DNA from: an uncultured Deferribacteres bacterium
Lineage (GTDB): Bacteria; Zhuqueibacterota; Zhuqueibacteria; Zhuqueibacterales; Geothermadaptataceae
NCBI GenBank assembly: GCA_964014485.1
Contig: CAXHAT010000056.1
Coordinates: 1 to 40,716 of the forward strand
Length of the DNA: 40,716 nt
Direction: 5' to 3'
The position numbers and the translations under genes were made by a program. How positions within the stretch are numbered: position 1 is the first letter of the stretch; the number at the start of each line of letters is the position of its first letter. This document shows positions 27,662 to 36,245 of the stretch, piece after piece. Below the pieces are notes generated by a model that made no database searches, was not told the DNA's origin, and was given only the letters and a program-made list of their open reading frames with translations.

Positions 27662-29227
27662 CTATTTGGCATAGCCAAATGTACGGTATTCTCGAATTAC
27701 GGATACTTTGATTTGTCCCGGATATGAAAGCGTATCTTTAATTTGTCCTGAAATGCTCGAGGCGATAAAATCAGGATGCGAATCGTCGGTGTTATCGTAT
27801 CCGGCTATAACACGGATCTCCTTACCTGCTTGAATTGCATAGCTTTGCGTCACGCCTTTGAGGGAATTGGCGATCTGCTCGAGATTTCGCAAACGATCGA
27901 AGTAGCTCTGCAAATCTTCTTTCACGGCCCCTGGACGATACATGCTTATCTCATTTGCAGAAGCGACAAGCACGGAAATCAATGATTGCCCAATCGAGTC
28001 CGGCGGTTTATTTGCAAAAGCAATAGCCTTTAAAACTTCTTCGTTTTCGCCGTATTTCTTGGCTAAATCCGCCGACAATTCCGACGTAGTGCCGTGAGTG
28101 TATGCGTCAATAGCGTTACCGATTTCATGTAAGAGACCGGCTCGTTTTGCAACTTTCGTGTCCAATTCCAAATCTGAGGCCATCAAGCCGGCTAAGGTTG
28201 CAACCTCGATTGAATGCTGAAGAAGATTCTGACCCTGGCCAGTATGAAACTTGAGCTGTCCGATCAATTTGACAAGCTCATGGTGCAAGCTGTGCAGCCC
28301 GACTTCAACGAGTGCTTCTTCACCGTACTCAAAGATTTTCTCATCTATTTCTTGCCGGGTCTTATCAATGACCTCTTCGATCCTCCCTGGATGAATCCGG
28401 CCGTCGTAGATCAATTTTTCCAGAGCCAACTTAGCGACTTCCCGCCGTATAGGATCAAAACCGGAAAGCATCACTAAGCCAGGCGTATCATCAATTAAAA
28501 CTTCAACGCCGGTTGCAGCTTCAAAAGTTCTTATGTTTCTACCTTCTCTGCCGATTATCCTGCCCTTCATTTCATCCGCAGGCAAACTTACTGGACTTAC
28601 CGTCGCATCAACCACATGGCTAACTCCGCTGCGCTCTATGGCCTGGACAATAATTTCTTTTGATTTTTGTTCTGCGGACTCTTTTGCCATCTCAATAATT
28701 TCCCGAGTCTTGAATGACGCTTCCTGGCGTGCTAAGTCAAGGACGTTATCGAGTTGTATTTTCTTGGCTTCTTCAACTGTTAGGCCTGAAATTTCCTTAA
28801 GTTTTGAGCTTTGTTCTAGAATAAGCTGATCCAAATCAGCCGACTTGTCTTTTAAAAGCTGATCAAGGCGCTCTATTTCCTGCTGTTCCTCAAAAATCTT
28901 CTTCTCTTTATTATTTAAAATGTCAACTTTGCGGTCCAGATTGGTTTCTCGCGCGCTAAGCTTTTTCTCTCGGTTTTTGAATTGTTGTAAGCGCTCTCTC
29001 TCTTCATGATGAAGTTTTTCTCGAAGCTTTAGAATCTCTTCTTCAGCATCCAACAAACGCGCTTTTTTAACGTCTTCCGCTTCTTGTTGCGCCTCATTTA
29101 CAACTCGCGTCGCATATTCCTCCGCTCGAGATATGCGATCCTGTCCAATTTTCGCTCTTAGCTTCCAACCTCCCCAGAATGCCAAACTGGAAACAACAAG
29201 AAATATTATTGCTCCTAAAACATCCAT
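27662..29227 (-). CDS. rny: Ribonuclease Y homolog with degenerate HD domain
   Basis: N-terminal TM, coiled coil, KH (KGRIIGREGRNIR), DGRIHPGRIEE, AIQAG.EIRV, YPGQIKV.VIRE; HD motif reads HE. Confidence 0.92.
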   Translation of the reverse strand: MDVLGAIIFLVVSSLAFWGGWKLRAKIGQDRISRAEEYATRVVNEAQQEAEDVKKARLLDAEEEILKLREKLHHEERERLQQFKNREKKLSARETNLDRKVDILNNKEKKIFEEQQEIERLDQLLKDKSADLDQLILEQSSKLKEISGLTVEEAKKIQLDNVLDLARQEASFKTREIIEMAKESAEQKSKEIIVQAIERSGVSHVVDATVSPVSLPADEMKGRIIGREGRNIRTFEAATGVEVLIDDTPGLVMLSGFDPIRREVAKLALEKLIYDGRIHPGRIEEVIDKTRQEIDEKIFEYGEEALVEVGLHSLHHELVKLIGQLKFHTGQGQNLLQHSIEVATLAGLMASDLELDTKVAKRAGLLHEIGNAIDAYTHGTTSELSADLAKKYGENEEVLKAIAFANKPPDSIGQSLISVLVASANEISMYRPGAVKEDLQSYFDRLRNLEQIANSLKGVTQSYAIQAGKEIRVIAGYDNTDDSHPDFIASSISGQIKDTLSYPGQIKVSVIREYRTFGYAK

Positions 29228-29314
29228 TCCGCCTCCAATAAAGAAATCCCTGATCAGCAAACGCATGTAAAACGTATGTAAACAGGGATAAACTTCTATT
29301 TGAAAAATTTATAG

Positions 29315-29611
29315 TCAAGAATTGATATTGTCCTCAGTATTTTCTATCAGTTCGGAAAGCCGCATAAGATTTTTTTCGTATTCCGCCGTCTGGGCGCCAC
29401 GCAACTCGCGCTCTCGAAACAACTCATCCGCCAAGTTTAGCGCTGTCAACACTGCAACCTTCAAAGGGGATTTTGCTGTAGAATTCTTTTCGACCTCATG
29501 CATTGCATGATCGACAAAATCCGCAATACGACGCGTATATTCCGCGTCGGCTGAACCTTTGATCGAGTAGTCGGAGCCGAAGATTTTTAGTTTCACATGG
29601 TTTTTCTGCAA
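29315..29611 (-). CDS. zapA: Cell division protein ZapA
   Basis: IFG..Y, IA.FVD..M, VAVLTALNLADEL; pheT-zapB-zapA-rny synteny. Confidence 0.9.
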   Translation of the reverse strand: MQKNHVKLKIFGSDYSIKGSADAEYTRRIADFVDHAMHEVEKNSTAKSPLKVAVLTALNLADELFRERELRGAQTAEYEKNLMRLSELIENTEDNINS

Positions 29612-29642
29612 ACCATCCGTCCTATTGATACTCGAAAATCAG

Positions 29643-29897
29643 TTACTCGTTCTTAAGCAATGCTTGGACTTTCGGCAAGATGAATGAAAGCTTCGATCTC
29701 ACAAGCCCGAGTTGTTGCTGTAATTGCTTCAATTCCGCTACTTCTTTTTTCTGGTCGGTCAGAATGGAATTCAATTTTGTAAATTCTTCGTTGAGTGCAG
29801 ATAGCTCACGTTTCAGTGTCTGGTTCTCCCTCTCAGTTCTGTTCAAACGAGCAATGAGAGAGACGATTTTGGATTCGAGAGCATTAAATTGTTCCAT
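29643..29897 (-). CDS. ZapB-like coiled-coil protein
   Basis: MEQFNALESKI..LI..L..EN..L coiled coil lying between pheT and zapA. Confidence 0.7.
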   Translation of the reverse strand: MEQFNALESKIVSLIARLNRTERENQTLKRELSALNEEFTKLNSILTDQKKEVAELKQLQQQLGLVRSKLSFILPKVQALLKNE

Positions 29898-29911
29898 ACC
29901 GAGCAATGCAA

Positions 29912-32302
29912 TCACCCTCTGAGCGTTGCGTCGAAGTTCTTTTTGAGCTTTTTCAAAACCCGGTCTATAAGTTTTTCGACTTCACGAGATTTTATTGTTC
30001 GCTTGGTAGACTGAAATTTAAGCGCATAGGCCAAGCTCTTTTTACCCGTAGGGATTGATTTCCCTTCATAAATGTCAAAGAGGCTAATTTGGGTCAGGAG
30101 ACTTCCAGCTTCCTTTTTCAACAATGCTTCTACATCAGAAGCTGCGACGCTTTTATCAAGAACAATAGCCAGATCTCTTTCAACTTCCGGAAAAGGTGAG
30201 ATTTCATGATAAATCTCCTGAGGAGTCGCCGATTTCTTCAATCGCCCACAATCAATCTCAAAGCCGAAAACATCCTGTGTTATATCAAAAAGATCACAAA
30301 CTTGGGGACTAATTTTGCCGATTGTCCCGATGATTGTATCGTTAACTTTGATTGCCGCTCCGAATTCAAAGAATGCTTGTTCTATCGGATTGAACATCAC
30401 CTCTTCTCTTAAACCAGTTCGATGAAGCAATTCAATTGCGATCCCTTTTAAATCAAAAAACGAAATTGGGCTTGCCTTGCTTTGCCACGACTCATGAAAT
30501 CTGTTTCCGGAGAGAACCCCGCCTAAATGTTGGAATTCGTGTATGGTGCCGTCTTTCGCCTTGTGAAAAGCGCTGCCAATTTCAAAAAAGCGAAGCTGCG
30601 TTTGTTTACGATTAACATTGTAGGAAACGGCTGGAAGCATCGTGCTAAGAAGAGACGGGCGCAGAACCGCCAAATCTTCACTCAGAGGATTCAGCAGCCC
30701 GACCAAGTGCTCTTGCTCTTCAACAAACGGCAGACAAAACTTTTCGTTTGTCATGCTAAAAGTTACAATTTCCGAGAGCGAAATATTCAGGCAGGTTTTT
30801 CTTAGTGTATCAGCAAAAATCCGGTTTCTGTTTGGCGTGTGTTGCAGGTCGAATCTGTCATTAAAATTTGCAGCGACCTCGTCATAACCGAAAACGCGAA
30901 TAACTTCCTCAACGAGATCAATTTCGCGCACTAGATCGGGCCTAAAAGTCGGCGGAGTGACGTTCCATTCTTTCCCGTTCTTCTCAACCGTACATCCCAG
31001 GCCTTCAAAAATGGATGACATAGTTGCATCGTCTATCTCCGCACCACAAATTGAAACGGCGCGCTGAGGGCGGAACGAAATTTTTTGAGAATGAATAATT
31101 GATGGATAGGCGTCGTTCAAATTTGACGTAGGCATCCCCCCTGCCGTCTCCAAAATCAGATGTGTTGCAATATCCGAAGCGTTAGCGCATCCGTTCGGGT
31201 CGACTCCTCGCTCAAAACGGCGACTGGCTTCCGTGAAAATGCTCAACTGACGCACTGTTTTTCGAATCGTTTCTGGAGAAAAGTAAGCAGACTCCAAAAG
31301 CAAATTTGTTGTGTCATCGCTGACTTCGGAATTCTCACCGCCCATGACGCCGGCTAAAGCAACCGGGGTTTCGCCGTCACAAATAAGAAGATTGTTTTCT
31401 TTGAGTTCGTGGCTTTTACCATCCAGAGTGACGAAATTCTCGCCTGTTTGAGCAAGACGCACGACAATTTCTTGATTCTCTAGCTTATCTAAATCAAAAG
31501 CGTGCAAAGGTTGTCCGGTCAAAAGCATGACGCAATTTGTTGCGTCAACGACGTTGTTTATTGGCCTGACGCCAGCGCTCTTAAGACGCTGCGCCAACCA
31601 ATCTGGGGACGGGCCAATTTTGACGTCCCGAATAACTCGCGCGGTATAGCGGGGGCACCCTCGACTGTCATCAAGTCGAACTTTGTATTCTTCTTCAGGC
31701 TGAACTCTATCGGTTATTTGAGGGTATTCATATTTAAAAGCTCTGCCTTCACTCAAACAAATTTCGCGAGCAATTCCAATCATTCCCAGGCAATCGGGAC
31801 GATTGGGCGTTATCGCCACTTCGATCACAGGATCATCATCGAAATGAACCAAGTCTCCGAATGCTTGTCCCTTAGAAGCGTCTCCATTCAAAACCATTAT
31901 CCCCGAAGACTCTTCTGAAATGCCTAGCTCAGCTTCAGAACAAATCATTCCCTGAGACAAAGTTCCGCGCAATTTCGCTTTTCGAATTTTCATTCCGCCC
32001 GGCAAAACTGAACCGACTGTGGCCACAGGAACTCTTTGCCCTTTTGCGACATTCGGAGCGCCGCATACAATCTGCAAATCCGCCTCGTCGCCAACGGAAA
32101 CCTGGCATACGCTCAAGTGATCGGAACCCTCGATTTTTGCCGCGTCAATAATTTCTCCAACCACTATCCCGGCGAAATCAAAACGTTCCGAGCGCTTGAC
32201 GCTTTCGACTTCTATGCCCAGCATCGTCAATCGCTCAACGACTTCATCGAGTGAGAGCTTGGTTCCCGATAATTCCTTTAACCAATTAAATCCGAATTGC
32301 AC
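29912..32302 (-). CDS. pheT: Phenylalanine--tRNA ligase beta subunit
   Basis: IVCGAPN, SQGMICS..ELG, TPNRPD, RPINNVVDATN, RFERGVD, RPDL..EIDLVEE, C-terminal FDX-ACB domain. Confidence 0.98.
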   Translation of the reverse strand: MQFGFNWLKELSGTKLSLDEVVERLTMLGIEVESVKRSERFDFAGIVVGEIIDAAKIEGSDHLSVCQVSVGDEADLQIVCGAPNVAKGQRVPVATVGSVLPGGMKIRKAKLRGTLSQGMICSEAELGISEESSGIMVLNGDASKGQAFGDLVHFDDDPVIEVAITPNRPDCLGMIGIAREICLSEGRAFKYEYPQITDRVQPEEEYKVRLDDSRGCPRYTARVIRDVKIGPSPDWLAQRLKSAGVRPINNVVDATNCVMLLTGQPLHAFDLDKLENQEIVVRLAQTGENFVTLDGKSHELKENNLLICDGETPVALAGVMGGENSEVSDDTTNLLLESAYFSPETIRKTVRQLSIFTEASRRFERGVDPNGCANASDIATHLILETAGGMPTSNLNDAYPSIIHSQKISFRPQRAVSICGAEIDDATMSSIFEGLGCTVEKNGKEWNVTPPTFRPDLVREIDLVEEVIRVFGYDEVAANFNDRFDLQHTPNRNRIFADTLRKTCLNISLSEIVTFSMTNEKFCLPFVEEQEHLVGLLNPLSEDLAVLRPSLLSTMLPAVSYNVNRKQTQLRFFEIGSAFHKAKDGTIHEFQHLGGVLSGNRFHESWQSKASPISFFDLKGIAIELLHRTGLREEVMFNPIEQAFFEFGAAIKVNDTIIGTIGKISPQVCDLFDITQDVFGFEIDCGRLKKSATPQEIYHEISPFPEVERDLAIVLDKSVAASDVEALLKKEAGSLLTQISLFDIYEGKSIPTGKKSLAYALKFQSTKRTIKSREVEKLIDRVLKKLKKNFDATLRG

Positions 32303-32318
32303 GTCTATTCCAAAATAT

Positions 32319-33302
32319 TTAGAATTGCTGGATGAATCGAAGATCGTTTTCGTAGAAAATACGAATATCGCTGACTTGATATTTTAAGATAGCGAGACGT
32401 TCCAGCCCCATGCCAAAGGCGTAACCCGTGTACTTTTCAGAATCATAATCTACAAAGTTAAACACTGCGGGATCGACCATGCCTGCGCCTGAAATCTCCA
32501 TCCACTTTCCGCCTAAAGAAGCGCAGCGAACGTCATATTCGGCGCTTGGCTCGGTAAACGGGAAGAAGCTCGGTCGAAATCTGATTTCCGTATCATCGCC
32601 AAACATTTTTCGCATAAATGCGAGTAAAACGCCTTTCAAATCCGCGAAAGTCACACCTTCATCGACAACGAGACCTTCAATTTGATGAAACATTGGCGAG
32701 TGTGTAGCGTCCGGGGTGTCCTTTCTAAAACAGCGGCCCGGCGCAATCATGCGGATTGGCGGTTTCTGTTTTTCCATTGTCCGGATTTGAACGGGAGATG
32801 TGTGTGTTCTCAGAACAGAATGATTCGGCAAGTAAAACGTGTCCTGCATATCCCGGCTTGGGTGATCTTCGGGGATGTTCAGCGCTTCAAAGTTGTAATA
32901 ATCGCTTTCGACTTCCGGGCCCGTTTCCACGGAAAAGCCCATGCCGACAAAAATTGATTTCACCTCTTCGAGAACATCTATCAGCGGGTGTGAATATCCG
33001 ACAAACGGCGGATTGCCGGGTAAGGTAACATCGATTGCTTGGGAACTTGAAGCGGACGTTTTAGAGAAGCGAGTTTTGAGCTGATCGATTTCCGAATGCA
33101 GAAAAGTTTTGATGTCATTAATTTCTTTTCCCGCCGCAGGTCGCTCCGCAGGAGGCAGTCCCCCAAGATTTTTGAATAAATCAGCCAGTACGCCCTTTTT
33201 CCCCAAGTACTTTATCCGCAAAGTTTCAACGTCATTTGCGGATTCAACAACAGCAGAGTCGCTTTTGAACTGCTTCTTCAGGTTCTCGGAATCAAGCAAC
33301 AT
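32319..33302 (-). CDS. pheS: Phenylalanine--tRNA ligase alpha subunit
   Basis: HPSRDMQDTFY, LRTHTSP, FHQIEGL, FRPSFFPFTEPS, AFGMGLER. Confidence 0.98.
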   Translation of the reverse strand: MLLDSENLKKQFKSDSAVVESANDVETLRIKYLGKKGVLADLFKNLGGLPPAERPAAGKEINDIKTFLHSEIDQLKTRFSKTSASSSQAIDVTLPGNPPFVGYSHPLIDVLEEVKSIFVGMGFSVETGPEVESDYYNFEALNIPEDHPSRDMQDTFYLPNHSVLRTHTSPVQIRTMEKQKPPIRMIAPGRCFRKDTPDATHSPMFHQIEGLVVDEGVTFADLKGVLLAFMRKMFGDDTEIRFRPSFFPFTEPSAEYDVRCASLGGKWMEISGAGMVDPAVFNFVDYDSEKYTGYAFGMGLERLAILKYQVSDIRIFYENDLRFIQQF

Positions 33303-33321
33303 TGGCAGTCAAAACTCTATG

Positions 33322-33669
33322 TTATTGTTTGGCGATCTCAACTAATTTACTGAAGGCGTCGGCGTCACGAACAGCCAAATCCGCCAGTATTTTGCGATCA
33401 ATTTCAATTTCGTTCTTTTTGAGGCCTGCGATGAATTTTGAGTAGCTCAAGCCTTCGTTGCGAGCGGCTGCATTAATTCGAGTAATCCAGAGCTTACGAA
33501 ACTCTCTCTTTTTAACGCGACGATCTCTATAGGCGTAAGAAAGCGCACGATCGACCGCTTCAGACGCTGAACGTATAAGGTTTTTGCGGCGCCCGTAGTA
33601 ACCCTTCGCCTGCTTGACGATTTTCCGGCGGCGCTTGTGCGACGCAACTGCGTAAGTACTTCTTGGCAT
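33322..33669 (-). CDS. rplT: 50S ribosomal protein L20
   Basis: [38 protein letters not shown]. Confidence 0.98.
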   Translation of the reverse strand: MPRSTYAVASHKRRRKIVKQAKGYYGRRKNLIRSASEAVDRALSYAYRDRRVKKREFRKLWITRINAAARNEGLSYSKFIAGLKKNEIEIDRKILADLAVRDADAFSKLVEIAKQ

Positions 33670-33700
33670 GATTCCTCCAAGGTCCTATGGTCAATTTTTT

Positions 33701-33895
33701 TTATACATTGATTAAACGCATCATCCGCTTATGGTCGCCTTCCGCTACAAGCGTACTAGCGCGCAAATGGCGTTTACGTTTTGTGGTTTTCTTCGTTAAG
33801 ATATGGCTCTTGTTTGCTTTAGACCTTTTGATTTGCCCCGATGCAGTGAGTTTCAATCTCTTTTTTGCTGCACGCGAGCTTTTCATTTTCGGCAT
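33701..33895 (-). CDS. rpmI: 50S ribosomal protein L35
   Basis: MPKMKS..AAKKR.K.T..G, HILTKK..KRKR.L. Confidence 0.97.
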   Translation of the reverse strand: MPKMKSSRAAKKRLKLTASGQIKRSKANKSHILTKKTTKRKRHLRASTLVAEGDHKRMMRLINV

Positions 33896-33913
33896 TGTAA
33901 ACTCCGTTCCTAA

Positions 33914-34429
33914 TTATTTTTTTACAAGATACATGATCATATTCCGCCCTTCCATTAACGGCGCTCGCTCTACTTTTGCAATATCGCTAAGCTCTTCGAT
34001 CAAGTCTTCCAGTACTCTTTTACCAAATTCTTTGTACGCTAACTCTCGGCCGCGAAAAAGAACCGTAGCTTTCACTTTGCTGCCGCTCTCAAGGAATTTA
34101 CGCGCATGTTTTGCCTTAAACTCAAAGTCATGCGTCTCAATTTTCGGCCGCAGACGGATTTCTTTAAGATTTATGACGGCTTGCTTTTTCTTGTTTGACT
34201 TTTCTTTCTTACTCAGCTCGTACTTGTACTTGCCGAAATCCATAATCCGACAAACAGGCGGGTCGGCGTTGGGCGCAACCTCAACCAAATCAAGTCCTCT
34301 TCCCTGAGCCGTTTCCAAAGCTTCCTGAGAAGAAAGTATTCCAAGTTGTTCCCCGTCTTCTGCGATAACCCGAAGTTTCGCGGCTCTGATTCTGTCGTTA
34401 ACCCGAACCAGGTTTTTCTTTTTGCTAAT
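33914..34429 (-). CDS. infC: Translation initiation factor IF-3 with ATT start codon
   Basis: Frame stays open upstream of the ORF-track start: ATT-SKKKNLVRVNDRIRAAKLRVIAEDGEQLGI..., with GGGAG RBS 6 nt upstream; DLVEVAP...PPVCRIMDFGKYKYE. Confidence 0.95.
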   Translation of the reverse strand: MSKKKNLVRVNDRIRAAKLRVIAEDGEQLGILSSQEALETAQGRGLDLVEVAPNADPPVCRIMDFGKYKYELSKKEKSNKKKQAVINLKEIRLRPKIETHDFEFKAKHARKFLESGSKVKATVLFRGRELAYKEFGKRVLEDLIEELSDIAKVERAPLMEGRNMIMYLVKK

Positions 34430-34446
34430 CTTTTACTCCCGACTAA

Positions 34447-34475
34447 ATTAAATTTGCCTTCAAGCCATATGTCAA
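34447..34475 (-). promoter_or_regulatory. Putative sigma70 promoter for infC-rpmI-rplT
   Basis: Minus strand TTGACA-17 nt-TTTAAT immediately upstream of the RBS. Confidence 0.65.
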
Positions 34476-34504
34476 AAATCCCTCAGAGAGGTTCTGAAGG
34501 ATTT
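34474..34504 (-). terminator. Terminator-like hairpin downstream of tRNA-Val
   Basis: Minus strand AAATCCTTCAGA-acctc-TCTGAGGGATTT-TT. Confidence 0.65.
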
Positions 34505-34519
34505 CGTTTCAGAGCAAAG

Positions 34520-34593
34520 TGGGCGATACTGGATTTGAACCGGTGACCTCTTGCATGTCAAGCAAGCACTCTAACCAACTGAGCTAATCGCCC
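34520..34593 (-). tRNA. tRNA-Val(GAC)
   Basis: Reverse complement GGGCGATTAGCTCAGTTGGTTAGAGTG-CTTGC-TTGACAT-GCAAG...GGTTCAAATCC..ATCGCCCA. Confidence 0.97.
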
Positions 34594-34632
34594 AAAACTT
34601 AAGGCGCTAACGCCTTTAAAAAACAGGCGGCT

Positions 34633-34661
34633 AATTTAAACCGAGACGCTATAAAAGTCAA
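34633..34661 (-). promoter_or_regulatory. Putative sigma70 promoter for tRNA-Val
   Basis: Minus strand TTGACT-17 nt-TAAATT followed by GC-rich discriminator AGCCGCC. Confidence 0.6.
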
Positions 34662-34752
34662 GAAAATAATGTGTTGAGAAAGATTTGCGACAGCGCGCCT
34701 TTTAGAGCCTGTTTTCGCCCGTCCCTTTCTCGAAGTCCATACATCGCCAACT

Positions 34753-35793
34753 TCAGTCTTCAAGGGAAGGCGGTTTGCGGAACTTTTTAATCGAACTCCT
34801 TTTTTTCTTCTGCTTCAATCTGCCTTCAATCGATGACTTTGTGCGCTTCGTCGGCACACGTTTCTTTGCGACGGCGTTCATAGATGTGAGCTTCTCGATC
34901 AAGCGCTCCCATGCTAACTCGCGATTCTTATGTTGTGAGCGGCTTTCCGTCGCGGTAACGATTAGACCTGTGGGCAAATGTTTAATGCGCACTGCAGTTT
35001 CAACCTTATTTCGATGCTGCCCGCCTGGCCCGCTTGAGCGATAAACGGTGATTTCGACTTCGTCCTTAACCTGTTCTTTAGAGCGAAATTGATATTTTTT
35101 TCCAGTTTTACTTTGCCGCGCTTCCTGGCCAATAAGGTCGTTCAAGGCGGCTGTGATGTTCGGAAAACAATCAATCGCCCCAGCTTCGCGTAAGGCCGCT
35201 TCCGAAGTCGTTCCGGTGGTCACGCCGACAAACGGCACGTTGGCTTTCTTCGCAGCGCCAGCATCGGCGAGACTGTCGCCGAAAAAGATTGCTTCGTCGG
35301 CGGTAACTTTCATTTTCCGTAATCCTAGGAAAATCGAATCCGGCGCCGGTTTTTGGTTCTCAACATCGTCAGCGCCGACGACAACTTCGAACAAAGATGT
35401 TAAATCATAATTTTCGAGAATCTCAACGAGCCGATTGTGATTCTTTGTGGAAATCAAACCAAAACGTAACGGCGTTTTGGCGGCGACTTCGCGAACGGAA
35501 TCAGCGACGCCTTTGTATAAAAAAGTCTTCTCGACCATGATTTTGTCAGCCAATGAAATGAACGCCAGTTTTGCTTCCGCCGGGTCTTCAACGGCAAAAC
35601 GTTTGAAAATCACTTCTAACGGCAATCCTACGGTCTTATGAATTTCATCAACGGAGCGCTTGGGAGCGCCAACCTTCTCAAGCGCGAAATTGACACACTC
35701 GACAATCGCTTCGGAAGAGTCTCCTAAAGTGAAATCGAAATCGAAAAAAATGACTTTCGCCCAATTTTGGATGGGTCGTTCCATGATCTTCAC
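34753..35793 (-). CDS. HAD-family phosphatase fused to an ArfB-like GGQ peptidyl-tRNA hydrolase domain
   Basis: DFDFT, STK, KP, GDSLAD HAD motifs, then RSSGPGGQHRNKVETAVR...RSQHKNR and a basic tail KKRVPTK...RLKQKKKRSSIKK; start 35793 or 35784. Confidence 0.88.
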   Translation of the reverse strand: MKIMERPIQNWAKVIFFDFDFTLGDSSEAIVECVNFALEKVGAPKRSVDEIHKTVGLPLEVIFKRFAVEDPAEAKLAFISLADKIMVEKTFLYKGVADSVREVAAKTPLRFGLISTKNHNRLVEILENYDLTSLFEVVVGADDVENQKPAPDSIFLGLRKMKVTADEAIFFGDSLADAGAAKKANVPFVGVTTGTTSEAALREAGAIDCFPNITAALNDLIGQEARQSKTGKKYQFRSKEQVKDEVEITVYRSSGPGGQHRNKVETAVRIKHLPTGLIVTATESRSQHKNRELAWERLIEKLTSMNAVAKKRVPTKRTKSSIEGRLKQKKKRSSIKKFRKPPSLED

Positions 35794-35812
35794 AAAGTTT
35801 AGAGTGAAAAGA

Positions 35813-35843
35813 AAAAGCCCGGCTTAGAACCAACCGGGCTTTT
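35813..35843 (-). terminator. Rho-independent terminator downstream of trxA
   Basis: AAAAGCCCGG-11 nt-CCGGGCTTTT. Confidence 0.75.
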
Positions 35844-35875
35844 CAAAAATTCTATTTGAGCAATGAATTCGGAGC

Positions 35876-36202
35876 TTAAGCAAGAACTGCATCCAGGCGT
35901 TTTTTGATTTCGCCTTTGGGCACGGCGCCAATAATTGAATCGACGACTTTCCCGCCATTGAAAATCAAAAGCGCAGGGATGCTGCGAATGTTATGCTGAG
36001 CAGAAGCCTGCATATTCGAATCAACGTCAAGTTTGCCGATTTTGGCTTTGCCTTCGTACTCAGTTGCCAAATCTGCAATTGCAGGGGCGATCATTTTACA
36101 AGGTCCGCACCACTCGGCCCAGAAATCGACCAATACCGGTTGGTTTGCTTCCAGAACTTCGGTGTTAAAGTTTGCGTCCGTAAATTCTAATGGGGTGGCC
36201 AT
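35876..36202 (-). CDS. trxA: Thioredoxin
   Basis: VLVDFWAEWCGPCK, IRSIP; AAGGAG RBS before ATG 36202. Confidence 0.97.
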   Translation of the reverse strand: MATPLEFTDANFNTEVLEANQPVLVDFWAEWCGPCKMIAPAIADLATEYEGKAKIGKLDVDSNMQASAQHNIRSIPALLIFNGGKVVDSIIGAVPKGEIKKRLDAVLA

Positions 36203-36245
36203 TTTTATCTCCTTATCTCTTGAAATTGATTTAAAAGCATATCTT

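Noticed and set aside
29228..29314. 6S RNA, often found downstream of zapA
   Set aside because: The gap is only 87 nt, too short for a roughly 180-nt 6S RNA, and no long hairpin is evident.
33687..34307. 206-aa plus-strand ORF and the many other short overlapping ORFs in the track
   Set aside because: They are antisense or out-of-frame shadows of well-supported genes (here infC and rpmI) and have no recognisable motifs.
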